DNA of 63,839 bases, filler included, from Reticulomyxa filosa (GCA_000512085.1; 15 parts of 15 records of this genome joined end to end with filler, not necessarily neighbours in it), one strand, 5' to 3'. Shown: positions 50,421 to 63,839, counted from the first letter of the whole stretch. Notes: generated from the letters alone by a model not told the origin. A program made the numbers and translations.

Positions 50421-53400
50421 TATTATATTTGATTCTTCACATTAGGTTATATCCAATTGTTGGTCCCCATGTTATTAGGTTAAAGCTTCGGTTTTTTTTA
50501 AGTGAAAATCAGTATTTTCAATCTACTGTTCATAGTTAAAGTTTTTCATTGAGCAAACTTGCTTTTGCGATTGTTTTCAAATTGCCGAACATCGTCTACA
50601 ATTCTTGCAAGAGTCAAATTTGGGCACTGATTGGGACATAAATCGACAAAGAAAGCTAAAAATTGCCTTAAAAAAAAGAAAAAACATATTGTTAGTCTTG
50701 CGTGTTTGCGAGTGACAACATGATCGTATTCCATAAATAACAGAAAGACGTATGCTCAAGGATGAGATTAAATGTATGAAGAAAGCGACCAAATGCAATG
50801 AAGCAATCTTCATCTACACAACAAACAAGTATCGTTGCATAGCTTCACACTTCCAATTCCACAAAGCACAAATCCTTTTCTATAATCAAGTTGTACAATG
50901 ACATGCACGTTACTATCGCAATCCACACCACTGGCAATGCGCACAACTCAAGTATTCATGACTTGAAAATTTTAGTTATACGCTGTCCAATCGTCCAATA
51001 ACAGCAATAATACCACCTTGCTATCAGTTGCTCACACAACATTTCATGGCATTTATTTCCATTTATATTAACCCTTTTATTTCGATTCTATCTTGTCATA
51101 CACGTACACACTGTTTTGATCTAATTATAATTATATCTGTTATTTCAAATGCGTTCGCTTGAAAAATATTCTAGTTTTTGCAATGGCCATTTGGATGATT
51201 GCACACATATTGTATTTGAAATATTATATATTGTGATGAATGCTTATGATTTACTAAAAAGACAGAATACGGTTCTGAAATGTTTATACTTTAAATTTTG
51301 AAATTATTTGCTTATGTTGACAACGCGCTGGGGAACTTAATCTATTCAAGAAGATATGATTGTTCACTTCAGATACGTGAACAAGCAGAAAACGAGACTT
51401 GCAGTCTGTTGTCAAAAAACAGACATTACAAAAACGAAAATAAAAAAAATGGAACTAACAACCCCCTTGTAAACGTCATCTTGGTTGATTATTTGATAAA
51501 AGTTGTGTTCGATAAAACAAATAAAATCACAATCATTTACTTAATTGTGCATCAATGAATAAAAAAACATTTTTTTATTTGATTAAATGAAAACTGGGTC
51601 ATTTTTAAAAACAGGTTCAAAAAAAATAAAAAATGACCCACAATTTAAAGAAAATGACCCACAACTTTAATTATTCTTGGATATACAAGATCCTTCGTTT
51701 TTTGTTACATTTTTGCAAAAAATAGTTTATTTGTGATTGACATGTGTATGATTCTTTACCTTGATGGTTTTTTTACTGTTGCAAAATTCGTTTTCAAAAA
51801 TATTGACATCCGAAGTGAAATTAAAAATTTTCAGCTTGCATAGAACTCAAACAGCACTAAATATACATAACAATGTCGCAACTTTTTCTCACTCTCATTC
51901 ACAAATTGAATTAATTAAATATATTCTGTTGAAACATTTTTTCATCCAAGCAAACAAATTTCAAATAAAAAGTTATGTTTTCTGCTTTTTGTTACCAACG
52001 ATCTTTCTTTTGTAGTATGTTGTTTTTTNNNNNNNNNNNNNNNNNNNNNNNNNNNNNNNNNNNNNNNNNNNNTTAATTAATTAANNNNNNNNNNNNNNNN
52101 NNNNNNNNNNNNNNNNNNNNNNNNNNNNAAAAAAAAACATTTTAGACGGACAACACACTGCATTGAGTAGTTTCCAACCTTTGACTGTTTGAACTTCGCT
52201 TGCACTTAGTCCACCGACAGGTATTTCAACTTTCCCATTTGTGATGGACAATTTTTGAAGATCTGTATCATGATGTATTTATTCAAAAAAAAAAAATTAA
52301 CTTGGTTTCACATTGTTTTAACAATATCACATAAAAATAGAAACAATTATCAAAAAAAAAGACGTACCTATTGATTTCAATTATGATTCAATTTGTTGAT
52401 GTTATGGACACTTCTACTTTTCTAAAAAAGTATATGCATCCAAAAAAAAACAGCAGCATCGACTCTCCACTTGACAATTGACATCCAATAACATTTACTT
52501 GTTCATCATTGAACAAATATCAAATATCATCATGGAGGAAATGATATGTGCAGTGCTTGTGTTGTGGCTTCACGGAATTCAATTTTTTGACGTTGAATTT
52601 CCATCAACAATTCGGATTGTGATTACCACTTCTTCATTTTGCACCGCCACCACTACTGTTGATGTTGTTACTATTGTTGCTGGTAACTCGCTGCAGCGTA
52701 AATGATAATAGAACAACAGCACATTGTCCATCGGCTTCCAAATGAATCTCAGACTAGAAGAAACCTTCATACTGTATATTTAAATGAATAGCATCTTTCC
52801 ATCATGGCTAGTCCACTTCCAAATAACTATTTTAGGCGACACACAATGTACGTATATCAATTTTATGTATGTTGTTGGTTCTATTGATTATAAAAAAAAA
52901 TTTAAACTTTTTCAAGCGATTGAACAAACACGATTTTGATGACATGAACATGAAAGTGGAGAACGCAATTACGCAGTCAATGATTTGTGACGTTCTGCTG
53001 ATCAATTCTATACCTCGACATTTGGTGTCTTCTTTGTCAATGTTCAACGTTTTGAAGACTGTGACTGCTCCCAATTGGCTTTTTCATTGTGTCAACGAGA
53101 TCGTCGAGTTTCCACTTTACGTTCCTTTTGCCCAAGTTCTTGCGGCAACTTCATAATGCTGTTGCTGATGCTACTGTTATTGCTGTGGTCGAGAGTAAGC
53201 ATAGCACATAATTTTTTTTTTTTATCGTTCAGTGCCATCAGATCTGATTATTGACGACTAATGCTACGTATATCTCCATAAAAAATTTTTGCGTGATCTT
53301 TTTTTTGCGATCTTCGTTTTGATGGCCCTTTTCGATTCAGGTAATGCACCTTTTCTATCGAGAGATTCGACAATTGTATGAAGCATATCTTTATGTTTGT

Positions 53401-54189
53401 ACATGGTTTTTTTTAAAGAAGTTTTTTGTCTAATCACAAAAACACAAACTATTTATTTATAACAGCTTTGGACCTTTCGACATATCGAATTACACAAATA
53501 CACTAGCTCAAACGACTTTCTGGCAATCATTCCCATAATTTTGCGACGATTGCTACACTTTTCCGAATATTGTCTTTATCACTTGCCACCGAAACTTGTT
53601 GTATCCAGACAAATCCAATGAATAATAATTACTAGTCGTCAAATCTTTGCCAACTAATAATGTGTCATACACGCGTATGGCTTTTATATACTCAATCTAT
53701 TGGTGAACATCTTCATCAATACGTATAAAGCGTTTCCCAAGTCTTTTTCTCTATTTTTTTCCCTTTTTCATTCTTTTTGATTCCCAAATTACATATACAT
53801 ACACAGACAAGTCTCCAATTATAAATTTGTTGTTATATCATTAAAAAAAAGACATGTTATACGATTTAACGCAACTTTTGGGCCAAATGAATAAAGTCGA
53901 TGTTTGATTATCCAATACTCACACGATCCAACACTGAAACAGCAACGCCAACGACCGGAACATAACTTGCAACCAACTTGCAAACACCGGAACACAGTTT
54001 ACGACCGGAACAGTTTACGACACCATGAACGCACTATCTCCAACTGAACAACGATAATAATCCAAATTGCGCGACTAAATCCAAAATTCCAACAATTTCA
54101 CCACACTTTCTCCATGTACAGCAAATCGTTTCTATCATTATATTAAATGTTTTTTTAAAAATAAATAAATAAATAAATATTTAACTTGG

Positions 54190-54980
54190 CGCAGAAAAAA
54201 AAATTAATTTTCTTTTTTCTTTTTCATTTTCTTATTCTTATTCTTTTTTCTTTTTTTTTCTTTATTTTTTCTTTTTTTTCTTTTATTTTTTTCTTCATTT
54301 ATTTATTTTCAATAAAAATTATTCCCCCCTTTTTTTAAATCATTTTTTTCCCTTTCAACATAATTTTTTCCCATCATTTTTATTATCATTTTTCCCATTA
54401 TTTTTCAAATCATTTTTCTTCATTTTCCAATTATTTTTCCCATCATTTTTCTTCATTTTCCATACTTTTTCCCAAAGTTTCCCTCTTTTTTCCCCAAATA
54501 TTTCCAAAAACAAAAAAAAAACATTTTCCATTTCTTTGAATCTTGCAAGTCTATCCAAATTACAAATAAATTTTTATTTTTTAAAGAAAAAAAAAAAATT
54601 TAACTTGGTCGACGGAGCCTGACTCCAATTTCAAATCAATTTCTTATTTTTTTTTTCTTTTCAAAAAAACGACATTTTTATTCTGAAATAAATTTGGTAC
54701 CAAAAAAACTATTTTGATGGGGGCATGCCTATTTAAAAATACAAACAAATCAAATTTTTATAATAAAACAAAAACGTATAAAAATATACACACCCTTTCA
54801 TTTTTTTTCCATGCGATATGGACTTCAACCCCATATTTTTTCTGCAGGAGAGGTAAAACACAATTTTTTTTTTGATATGCTGGTGACGGCTGTTGTCAAA
54901 CAACCCAAAGTTGAATATATTAAAAATAAATAAATAAGTAAATAGATTGCAAACCTTTGTGACTCCTTTCGGAGACGGGG
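54190..54980. repeat. Dispersed diverged repeat or paralog, copy B (partner at ~27240-27970)
   Basis: Same collinear blocks as copy A, ending ctcctttcggagacg at the contig edge. Confidence 0.6.
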
Positions 54981-55080
54981 NNNNNNNNNNNNNNNNNNNN
55001 NNNNNNNNNNNNNNNNNNNNNNNNTTAATTAATTAANNNNNNNNNNNNNNNNNNNNNNNNNNNNNNNNNNNNNNNNNNNN

Positions 55081-56977
55081 AATACATATATATATGTATA
55101 TACATTTATATACATTTATATATGTTTGCAAGGATACAAGGAAAAGATCATACCGCTGTCACGACGATGAAAGTGGCCGAAGAGGTCACGATCGTGATAG
55201 TTTTCATTATCATTGTCATGATCATTTTCATCGCTCACATCAATGCTGAGTAGAGAAGGCGCTTGCATGGCCAAAACATCAATCATCACCGTTTCGCTTT
55301 TCGTTGGCTCGTGGCTCGGTTCGCGTCCGTGGTGCGTGTCTGTGCCTTCTTCGTCGCCGCTGTTGTAACTCGATGCCATTACTTCGCCTTTGTTCCCCCG
55401 CCCGTCATACCATGCACAATTCAAACACACATTACACCAATGCCATGTGGCACAATAAATAATATGTACAAAGAAAAAAGAGGGATAGAAACAGAGTGAG
55501 GATAGTAAACAATCAACAAAAATAAAATAAAATAAAATAAATCGAAAACTGCAAAAAGTGAATATGAATCGATTGGTGTCACTGATTTCAGCGTCCCAAA
55601 CCGAGTCATCGAATCGACTTTGCAGTGTTTTGTCCACAGCACTTGCCATATTCGCCAAGATGTGGCTAGGGATACCCATTTTCTGATGTTTCAATCCCAA
55701 TTCCGCCAAATATTCGAACAGTTGGTGATGCTGATGTTCATAAAAGAATTTCAAGATGCGATCCATGTAGTCAATGATCTTCATCGACAGTTGTTCCATC
55801 CGCGCGAGTTTGTAAATTTGGTCGCGTTGAGTCGTTTCCAAGCCAACCACTAATTCGGGATAGCATCTCATTGAGAGTTCTTCTCGTTCTTGAGTGGACA
55901 AGACTTTCACATTAGTCTTTTTTAAAAAAAGGGGAGGAGGATTTATACGTATACTCAAAAGTATAAAAAAAAAAAAATACAAAACTGTCCAAAAGGTCAA
56001 ATACTTTTCAATACATTCTTCATACTCACGTAAAATGACAAAGGCGTCATAATATTTTTCCATACGTTGACTAATCTCTGTCAAACTATAATCGAGCACA
56101 ATGCAGCGCAGTACTTCCATGACGACACGCAAAGACTCTCTGACGGAGAGTGTGAAGTACACTTGGATGGACGCTTGGTCTCGACGGAAAGAGCTCAGAC
56201 TCAATTCGATGGCACTGCATAGTTCGAAGAACAGATCGGTGTTGTCGAGCCCACCCTCCATGTCACTGCTCTTGCTACTGTTTGCACTGGCGCTGCTCAG
56301 TTCATTCAACTTCATCCACCACTGTTGTCTCAGCGCCAAGCACATTGCCATTTGCTTGCGTTCCATTAACTCCGCCACATTCCACATCTGCGCCCCGTCT
56401 TATTCCTCGTGTCTACACGTTCGTGTGTCAGCGTCGATGAGTTTTCCGCACCAGCACCAGCGCCAGCATCGGCAGGTTGCTCTACGTTTTCGTCGATTGT
56501 TTCAACACGTTGCTATAATAAAAGTTACCACAAAATATTATATGCATATACATATATGTATACGTATACTTATTATTTATTACAAGCATGTAGGTAATAA
56601 AAAAAAAAAAAAAAAGGTAGATACGTAGTTATTGAAAGAAATACACAACACACAAACAGGCTGAAATGAAACTTGATGTCGAACCTTGTTGGATTCCTGT
56701 TGTTGCTCAGTGTCACTATAAATCGTCTCCAAGGTGTTGTTTGACGGGGGTAAAATGACGCTGCTTGTGGGATTGTCAGTCTCGTCTGCTGGCTTCGTCG
56801 TCGTCGTCGTCGTCGTCGACGCCGTTGGATCTAATTGGTACCGCGCCACTATTTGATCCTTTTCCAATGACATCATGTCTTGCTCCATTGCTAGTAGCTC
56901 TTGCAAGGTGCTACATGTTTGAGTCAGTAGTGTCCCCCACGAGGGCAATTTACTCTTGTCGCCAGAAATATTTATTC
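55081..56977 (-). CDS. Multi-exon protein containing a globin-like domain; truncated at both ends
   Basis: EQLSMKIIDYMDRIL...LAELGLKHQKMGIPSHILANMASAVDKTL...WDAEISD|TW matches globin E-H helices with proximal His F8 (LG.KH..MG). Confidence 0.65.
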
Positions 56978-58799
56978 NNNNNNNNNNNNNNNNNNNNNNN
57001 NNNNNNNNNNNNNNNNNNNNNTTAATTAATTAANNNNNNNNNNNNNNNNNNNNNNNNNNNNNNNNNNNNNNNNNNNNAAATTCAATTCATGAAATTTTAA
57101 AGTGGGTGCTATGTCGATATAATTTCGCAAAACAAAAAAAGCAATGGCAAAATTATTTTGGAATTGTCGATTTTTCCGACTTTTGAAAGCTTTCAAACAG
57201 AATCAAACATGATTCTAAAAGTTTTTTTAAAAGTGTAATTATGAAATTTTAGATGACAAACGTGGATATTCTACTACATTGGCTTGTATGTGCTTTTTTG
57301 TAATTGAAGATATGTCTAAAATTGATTGGGTTGTCAAATCGTCTAACAATGTGGAAATTAAAAACTTTTTGCTTTTGTCTTTTGTACGTGCACTATCAAA
57401 AGAGAAGGCGTTCCAAACTTTTTTTGGCTAACGACCAGTTTTGATACACGGAAATAGATAACAGATAATAAGAATTCAAGAAAAACAAATAAAAAACACA
57501 GGAACAGCCAAAAGTTTCAAATACTTGTAAAACACAAAGCAGCACGATATTTGTCTTTTTTATTGATGAAGAAAAATTGGGGTCGATTCTATTCGAAGGT
57601 TGATTGTTTGTCCAAAAAGGAACGCGTGCTAGCTATTCCAACACATCTTCGCAATCCTTGAACTAAGTGATTGAAATGTTTCGTCTCTTAAAATTTTCTT
57701 TTTTTTTTACAAAAGATCACCTTTTTGTTGACAAGTCAATCTTCCACTTGGAACAATGTAATGTAAACCCATTTTTGAATTAGCAGAGTTCTTCGTTTTG
57801 TAATTAACAGAACGAAAGTTTCACTTTTATAGGACAAGACTCTATCTTTTAGGGAGGGGCTCTGAAACCACTTTTGTCTAACTTACTTCACACTTTTTCT
57901 CATCTCTTCTTATTTGCATTCTTTGAAAAATTACTCAATGTTTCTGTAGTACACTGTAGTTTGATCAAAGTGACGGTCAGCATGCCTCAGACGCTAAACA
58001 GTTTTTTCAACAAAATAATAGTAATAATCTTTCAATAATTTTGATTAAGTTGAATGTTATATTTTGCAACAAATCAAATAACTTTTCAAACAAAAATTTC
58101 AAGATTAATCTGACAAATGTTAAATAAAAAAATTTATTTTAAATAAAATATTTTTGAGTATAATTTTGATTTGACACAAAAACGACTCAAAATACCAAAA
58201 ACGTCAATAACAGGAACATTATTAAAATGTTGAGTCGTAATGCTCAACATTGTCAATAATTTTTTTTTTTTTTTATTGAATCAATCTTCACAGTTCCTTC
58301 GTCTTAAATAGATATGTCAAAAAAAAAAAAATGTTTACTTATTTTTTTTTTTGACAAATAAAATAAAAGTATTGACACAAAAAAAAACAAAATAAAACAA
58401 AAATACTATCGAAACTGTCCAGTGCAATCGTTAAAGTCGTCGTTATGGGCAAAACGTCGTTGTCAATTGACCTCTACATTGGCGGAGGGAGAAGAAGAGA
58501 ATGTGAGGGATGCGACTGAATAAATTAAAAAAANNNNNNNNNNNNNNNNNNNNNNNNNNNNNNNNNNNNNNNNNNNNTTAATTAATTAANNNNNNNNNNN
58601 NNNNNNNNNNNNNNNNNNNNNNNNNNNNNNNNNTTTTCTTTTAATTATTTTTTGAATGGACCTTTTGGTGTAAGATTTTTATGTCTTTCTTTTGTTTTTG
58701 TTTCTTTTTTTGAGTACTGTTCTATTTCTTAGAACGAGTTAAGGATGAAGCGAGAGAGTAGTCCACACTCGACACGCCCCCATCTAAAAAATAAAAAAA

Positions 58800-59680
58800 A
58801 GCAATTTAACATCAAGCATTCGAACAAGAATTAAAACAGCTCAGAAAATAACTGAACACATTATCATTGGAGAAGATTGTAATGTAATTGCAACGGAAAT
58901 TGTTATTTGAAAAACATCAGGACACGGTAAAGAGTATTGACTCATTGCATGAAGGGAATACCAGGAATCTATTTAAGGTATTGAATATCAATAAAATCTG
59001 TATTATTCCAGCATTGGTGAACAAGGAGACCATTCAGTGGCAAGATCAGATGCAGATAAAGCGTATCTGTTGGCAAAGACATTTGCAGAGCCACCTTAAC
59101 CTCCCAAAGATGTGGATGAGAAGCATTATGAGATGGTAGAAAAAAATATTAGATTCAAGTGGCATTGGAATTGGATATATGCCAATTGAATGGAAAAAGG
59201 CAATATTGTGCCTTGTTATTGAGATTGACTGAGATAGTCCACAAGTCATTCGATTGCAATTCAGTTACTTATGCAGTGTTGTTAGACATCTGTTTGGAGA
59301 AATGGATTAAGATACAAAATGAGAAATGAATTTCAACTAGATTGAAGATTATATTGGTGGATTGAATGGTTGTATTAAATGGAGTCATTCAGAATGGATT
59401 GAATTCAATACTGAAGTCCCTCAAGGATCTGCTTTATCCCCAATATTGTTACTATTGCATATTAATGACCTATCGACAGTGTGGCATGTCTGCTGATGAC
59501 GTGGCATTGTGGATATCAATATTTACAAGCGATGTAAATGAGATTATTACAACAAAGTCTGGATGCAGTATCTATTTGGTCCAATCAATGGAAAATGTTG
59601 CCGGCAGCTGATAAGACACAATGCATCACATTCAGACATCAGAGTAAAAAGAATTTCCCAAAGATGAATTCATAACTGAA
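58800..59680 (+). mobile_element. Degenerate non-LTR retrotransposon reverse transcriptase (ORF2)
   Basis: Broken-frame motifs AVLLDI, VPQGSALSPIL.L.HINDL, (F/S)ADDVALW and LQQSLDAV..W..QWKM...DKT are LINE RT core motifs. Confidence 0.85.
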
Positions 59681-59689
59681 TATATCATG

Positions 59690-59795
59690 CATGTTATTGA
59701 ATGATCGTGATGATAAAATCTCTTCGACATAACACTCCAGATCTTTCTGTTTCACTCCAGTGATGAACATAAAGATACTGGAAGTTATAATCGAT
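59690..59795 (-). mobile_element. Fragment of the same LINE, AP-endonuclease region
   Basis: Shares tcactccagtgatgaacataaagatact with 60211-60238; translates YLYVHHWSETERSGVLCRRD. Confidence 0.5.
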
Positions 59796-60209
59796 NNNNN
59801 NNNNNNNNNNNNNNNNNNNNNNNNNNNNNNNNNNNNNNNTTAATTAATTAANNNNNNNNNNNNNNNNNNNNNNNNNNNNNNNNNNNNNNNNNNNNGATAC
59901 TGCAACATCTAGCAGTATCTGAAAGAAGTATGCAGCTGATCATTCCACAAGGAGGAGCCAAATTTGTTTTCACAACCGTTGATTGATCTCGCCGTACAAC
60001 CTTTGAGATTTATTTTTTTTTTGATATTTTAAAGATTAAATTAAAACTTAAAATTTTTCACTTGTTGTTATTGATTGTGTGTGAGTTTTTTGATATGTTT
60101 TGTTGATCTTTTCCTTTTTTTTGTTTTTTTTTATTAGAGTACTGTGTTCCTTTTGGGAAGAGATGCTCATTTTAACTTGGATAAGATCTCATTCTTGCTA
60201 AAAAAAATT

Positions 60210-61000
60210 CTCACTCCAGTGATGAACATAAAGATACTAGATATTATGTCCTTCTTGCAATAAACAGATATGGAGCTTCTTCTGATGCAAGTTTTATTCT
60301 AACGTTGGACCTTGAAATAATCTGCTAATATTATTCTGGAATACCAAGTGACTACTGATCAGAGGCCTGCTTGTATATTGGTATTCCCGATGTTAATTTC
60401 CCGTTGTGTTAATTGATTGCAATAAGAATTTTAATTTCTGGAATGCTGATGTAATCTCTGCCAATTCACACCTTAACAATGAGATTTTATCATCATCAGA
60501 TTTTTTATTTTTCTTTCGTTTTCGAGGTTTATTATTGTTTCATTGCCATTTAATCTTTGTCCTTTGGCAGCATCAGCATAAGAATAATTCTTTGCTTGCT
60601 GCAAATTCCATTTGATTGTTTTTTTTTGTTATTTTTTTTTTGATTTATTGGAATGACTTGAGCTTTTTTCATCAGGAATGCATCTTTCTTCCTTGTCAAT
60701 TTAATACCAAAATTTTCTCTTACTTTGCGAATTACATCACATTGCAATGAATCACTTGGATGCTGCTTTCGATATAATACACATTTGCGTTTGTTTGAAC
60801 CATTCTTGTGTCAGCATTTTGCCGCTTCGCGATTTGCCAATCCGCAATACTTGCATACTTTGTTCTTCGATCGTTGGCGTATTCGTACACAAGAATTGTT
60901 GTCGAACTTACATATTTTCTTCCATACATTTTTAAATATGACTTCATCAATATTCTTTTCTTCGTTTTGTTGCATACTTGAGCTATGCAATACAACTTGA
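60210..61000 (-). mobile_element. Degenerate LINE: ORF1 zinc knuckles followed by the start of the ORF2 AP-endonuclease
   Basis: VCKYCGLAN.EAAKC, HPSDSLQCDVIRK, then LVFQNNI...LHICLLQE (APE motifs I-II). Confidence 0.75.
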
Positions 61001-61139
61001 ATGCTGAAGATTGACTCTTTGCTTTTTTCGCGATTTCATCAGTTAATCCACTATCTGGCATCTTTCGTTTTATGCAAATTATTGGATGTTTAACATTCAT
61101 GTGCTCATATAAAGGAATTCACTCAAATTCATCTGTATA

Positions 61140-61330
61140 ATCTGTTACACAACAATTATTAGGCCATCTTTGGAATGAAGCAGAATCACACAAGAAGAGA
61201 TTGGATAATAAAAAAATTGCAATGTGCAAGATTCTTGGGATTATAAATTCCACTGCATACACTGTAATGTAATCTCAAATGCAACATTTGGAATTTCGAA
61301 GACAACAAAAAGAAGTGAAATTATCACAAA
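61140..61330 (+). mobile_element. LINE ORF2 post-RT fragment
   Basis: YTTIIRPSL...KKRLD...IAMCKILG...LEFRR resembles the conserved region downstream of LINE RT. Confidence 0.55.
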
Positions 61331-62178
61331 TTACTAATATAATTGCAAAATTGTCACATTCTCATTTGACAGATTGAGTGAACCAACGACGACCCCGAAA
61401 AATGACTTTCAATTTAAATCTCTTTCAAAATACAACTCTTTTATTAAAGTTAGTACAGTANNNNNNNNNNNNNNNNNNNNNNNNNNNNNNNNNNNNNNNN
61501 NNNNTTAATTAATTAANNNNNNNNNNNNNNNNNNNNNNNNNNNNNNNNNNNNNNNNNNNNAGAGTTATTCACGTACAACAGTTTCGGAAATACATTGTCA
61601 TCATCTTCTGGTAATCCTGCAAACTTAGACGTCATTTTACCGGGGATTTGTTTGATATTTCCAGCCAAATTAGATAATCAGTTTGTCAAAATGGAGGAGG
61701 GGGGAAACATAAAATCCTTTTCAAAAAATCGAACCTTTGTGCTGCAAAAAAAACAAGACAGCAAATACAAAATTATGCAATGAGAAAATTTGGGTGGATA
61801 AGTGCTGTGATAAAGTAGCACAAAGTTTCCCAAAATATAAGAAAAGAACGAATAAAACTTGTTTTATGTTATGACTGCAGGACTTTGTAAACTTTGGCTT
61901 TCATTGTTTTTAAACGGAATAGTTTATTACATATTATTGGCAATATTTTTTTTTTTTTTTTTGGCAGGCCTATAGCCTTGTACCAAATTAAAAAAGGAAA
62001 GTACATGAAGCAATAATATGAATATGGTTGTGTGAATTTGCTTTTAATTATGATAGAAAAGAAAGTAATAATGAAAGATGTGTTTTAGAAAAAGAAGCAC
62101 AAGTAGAATTTTCCAAGGAAACTACAAAAATAAAATAAGCAAATAAGCAAATCCGAAACTTGTCAAGTTTTTTTTTGA

Positions 62179-62687
62179 ATGGCTACTGTATCTCAGCAAT
62201 ATAAGCGTGCAACCTCACTAGAGCTTTCAGACATGCCCTCACAAATGAGTACAAAATATAATTATCATTCGAAGACATACAATCTGCCGGTGATGACATC
62301 GTCGCACCCAAACACACGGGTGTCGACTCCTCAAAGCATGACGGACGAGTCCGACATGCAAAGCGAGATGATGTTGTCATATCCGGACAAGATAACAGAA
62401 GAAGTGCAAGAGGAGATGTCGCAAGAAACGAACGAGTTGTTGGAAGAGAAGAAAGTGGACGAAGCAAAGGAAGTCGAGGCGGGGATGGAACCACAAAAAA
62501 AAAGTGCCGTGTTTAAAGAGCAAATAAAAAGCCGATTGTCATTCCGACGAGGATATAAGCAAACGGACTTAATGTTGAAAAACACAATCTTGTGTCATGG
62601 ACGATTGGTCGGTGGGCCACAGCGACACAAATATATTCAAACTTTATGCGTTATTATTATTCCCATTGCTATTTTCTGTGCAAAGCC
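62179..62687 (+). CDS. First exon of a DHHC palmitoyltransferase (ERF2/ZDHHC9-like), with long N-terminal extension
   Basis: KNTILCHGRLVGGP...TLCVIIIPIAIF matches the N.F.C.GRL..GP motif preceding TM1 in this subfamily; the DHHC motif itself is not in the window. Confidence 0.65.
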
Positions 62688-63209
62688 GTATGTATATATA
62701 TATATATATTGTTTATAATANNNNNNNNNNNNNNNNNNNNNNNNNNNNNNNNNNNNNNNNNNNNTTAATTAATTAANNNNNNNNNNNNNNNNNNNNNNNN
62801 NNNNNNNNNNNNNNNNNNNNTCCAAAATTGCATCCAATTGAAATACAAAAAGGTTCTAGAATAACGAAATATTAAAAACATAATTGGAGAAAGAAAGACA
62901 TTGACATGAAATATTATTTAATTTAATGACAAGTATGGTTTATTATAAATTAATTTCAGATTTAGTATTTCGTAAAAGTAAAATAACAAATACACGACAT
63001 AAAGGGATTTTCAATTTGCAATAAACACTGAAAAAGGGATAGAGTTTTATCAAGTTAATTGATCAAAATATATAATTTATGTAATTTAGGCAATTACATA
63101 TTACCAAAATTTTCTTAACAACACATTTCGTTATTCTTAATAAAAAAAACTTAACCATTTTTCATTTTACATCAAAGAAAGCCTTAAGCAAAAAAACAAA
63201 AAAGTTGAA

Positions 63210-63425
63210 AATGATAACTACTTAAAACATTCACTGGACACATAAATTGTGTATGCTGTTGAATATTCAATTTTATTCATCTTCCACCAATAACTCTAAA
63301 AAGCCATAAGAATAGCAATTATTGTTGTTACAATCTCCACAAATGATGATTTCGTGTTTGTGTAGCACACATTGAAATTCAGAAAGTGGAGTATGTAACT
63401 CCTTCAAAGTTTGAAAGAGGTAATA
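63210..63425 (-). pseudogene. Kelch-repeat family pseudogene
   Basis: LFQTLKELHTPLSEFQCVLHKHEIIICGDCNNNNCYSY then frame decay; resembles the N-terminus of the expanded Kelch family recalled from Reticulomyxa. Confidence 0.65.
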
Positions 63426-63839
63426 AGTTGAATTTGTTTAGTTTGTACAGTTTTTCTTTCAGGAGATTTTTGTATTGTATTTTGATGAGGTCATGTTGTT
63501 AATGCTGACGAAGTATTTTTAAATATTTTAATTTTTAAAAAGGAGATGTACATGACCCTTTTTGAGAAAACAAAAATTTTTCTATAAACATTTTTGCTTT
63601 GGATAAAACATATTCTTAAAAAAATGTAAACAAGGTCCACATCTTCATCCTTTTGGTTTCATTGCATTATACAATGATTGGAGTTTTTAATGATGTTCAC
63701 AACTAGTTTTTTTTGTTCAAAAGCTTTTTGTGTAAAGTCATGCAACCAGCATTTTGTAAAAAAAACTTTGGAAAAGAAATATTTTTTATTGTTATGCTGT
63801 AGAATAACAAACTTTACCACAAAAGATTTTTATTTGAAT

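Noticed and set aside
52129-54120. Minus-strand exon-like fragments with hydrophobic stretches
   Set aside because: Too degenerate to assign; probably a pseudogene.
31330-56977. HCP + globin + sulfotransferase + giant NTPase as a gene cluster
   Set aside because: They lie on different contigs joined artificially; adjacency is meaningless.
2572-62820. Regularly recurring TTAATTAATTAA palindrome
   Set aside because: Always centred in exactly 44+44 Ns: an artificial stop-codon linker, not a biological repeat or CRISPR-like array.
1-63839. tRNA, rRNA, CRISPR arrays, telomeric repeats or an alternative genetic code
   Set aside because: None recognised; intact genes terminate at TAA, TAG and TGA, consistent with the standard code.

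Overview
AT-rich eukaryotic (protist) nuclear DNA with short GT-AG introns. The window is not one locus: it is 15 contigs joined by 14 artificial 100-bp linkers (44 N + TTAATTAATTAA + 44 N), so neighbourhood arguments hold only within a contig. Gene style and a characteristic Kelch-family relic suggest a rhizarian, probably the foraminiferan Reticulomyxa filosa (inference, not verified). Housekeeping genes or gene fragments include glucosidase II beta, Tctex-1 dynein light chain, an MFSD6-like transporter, an ERGIC-thioredoxin-ERV (PDI-C) fusion, eIF4E, a tandem CCCH protein, a sulfotransferase, a DHHC palmitoyltransferase and a kinase N-terminus. There are also relics of a non-LTR retrotransposon and of Tc1 transposons, one with TIRs and TA flanks. 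The standout is a >3,000-aa, nearly intronless gene (39132 to >48459) encoding 2 PB1-like domains, a TRAFAC/AIG1-like GTPase, a long helical/coiled-coil stalk, a SecA-type SF2 ATPase and a vWA domain; it looks like a conflict or innate-immunity machine rather than a protein translocase. Other notable items are an intron-containing hybrid cluster protein (HCP) with a mitochondrial-type presequence, a globin-fold domain in a larger protein, an atypical Rab, and repeated -1 frame discontinuities at A-runs. All family assignments are by motif recognition; no database searches were run.
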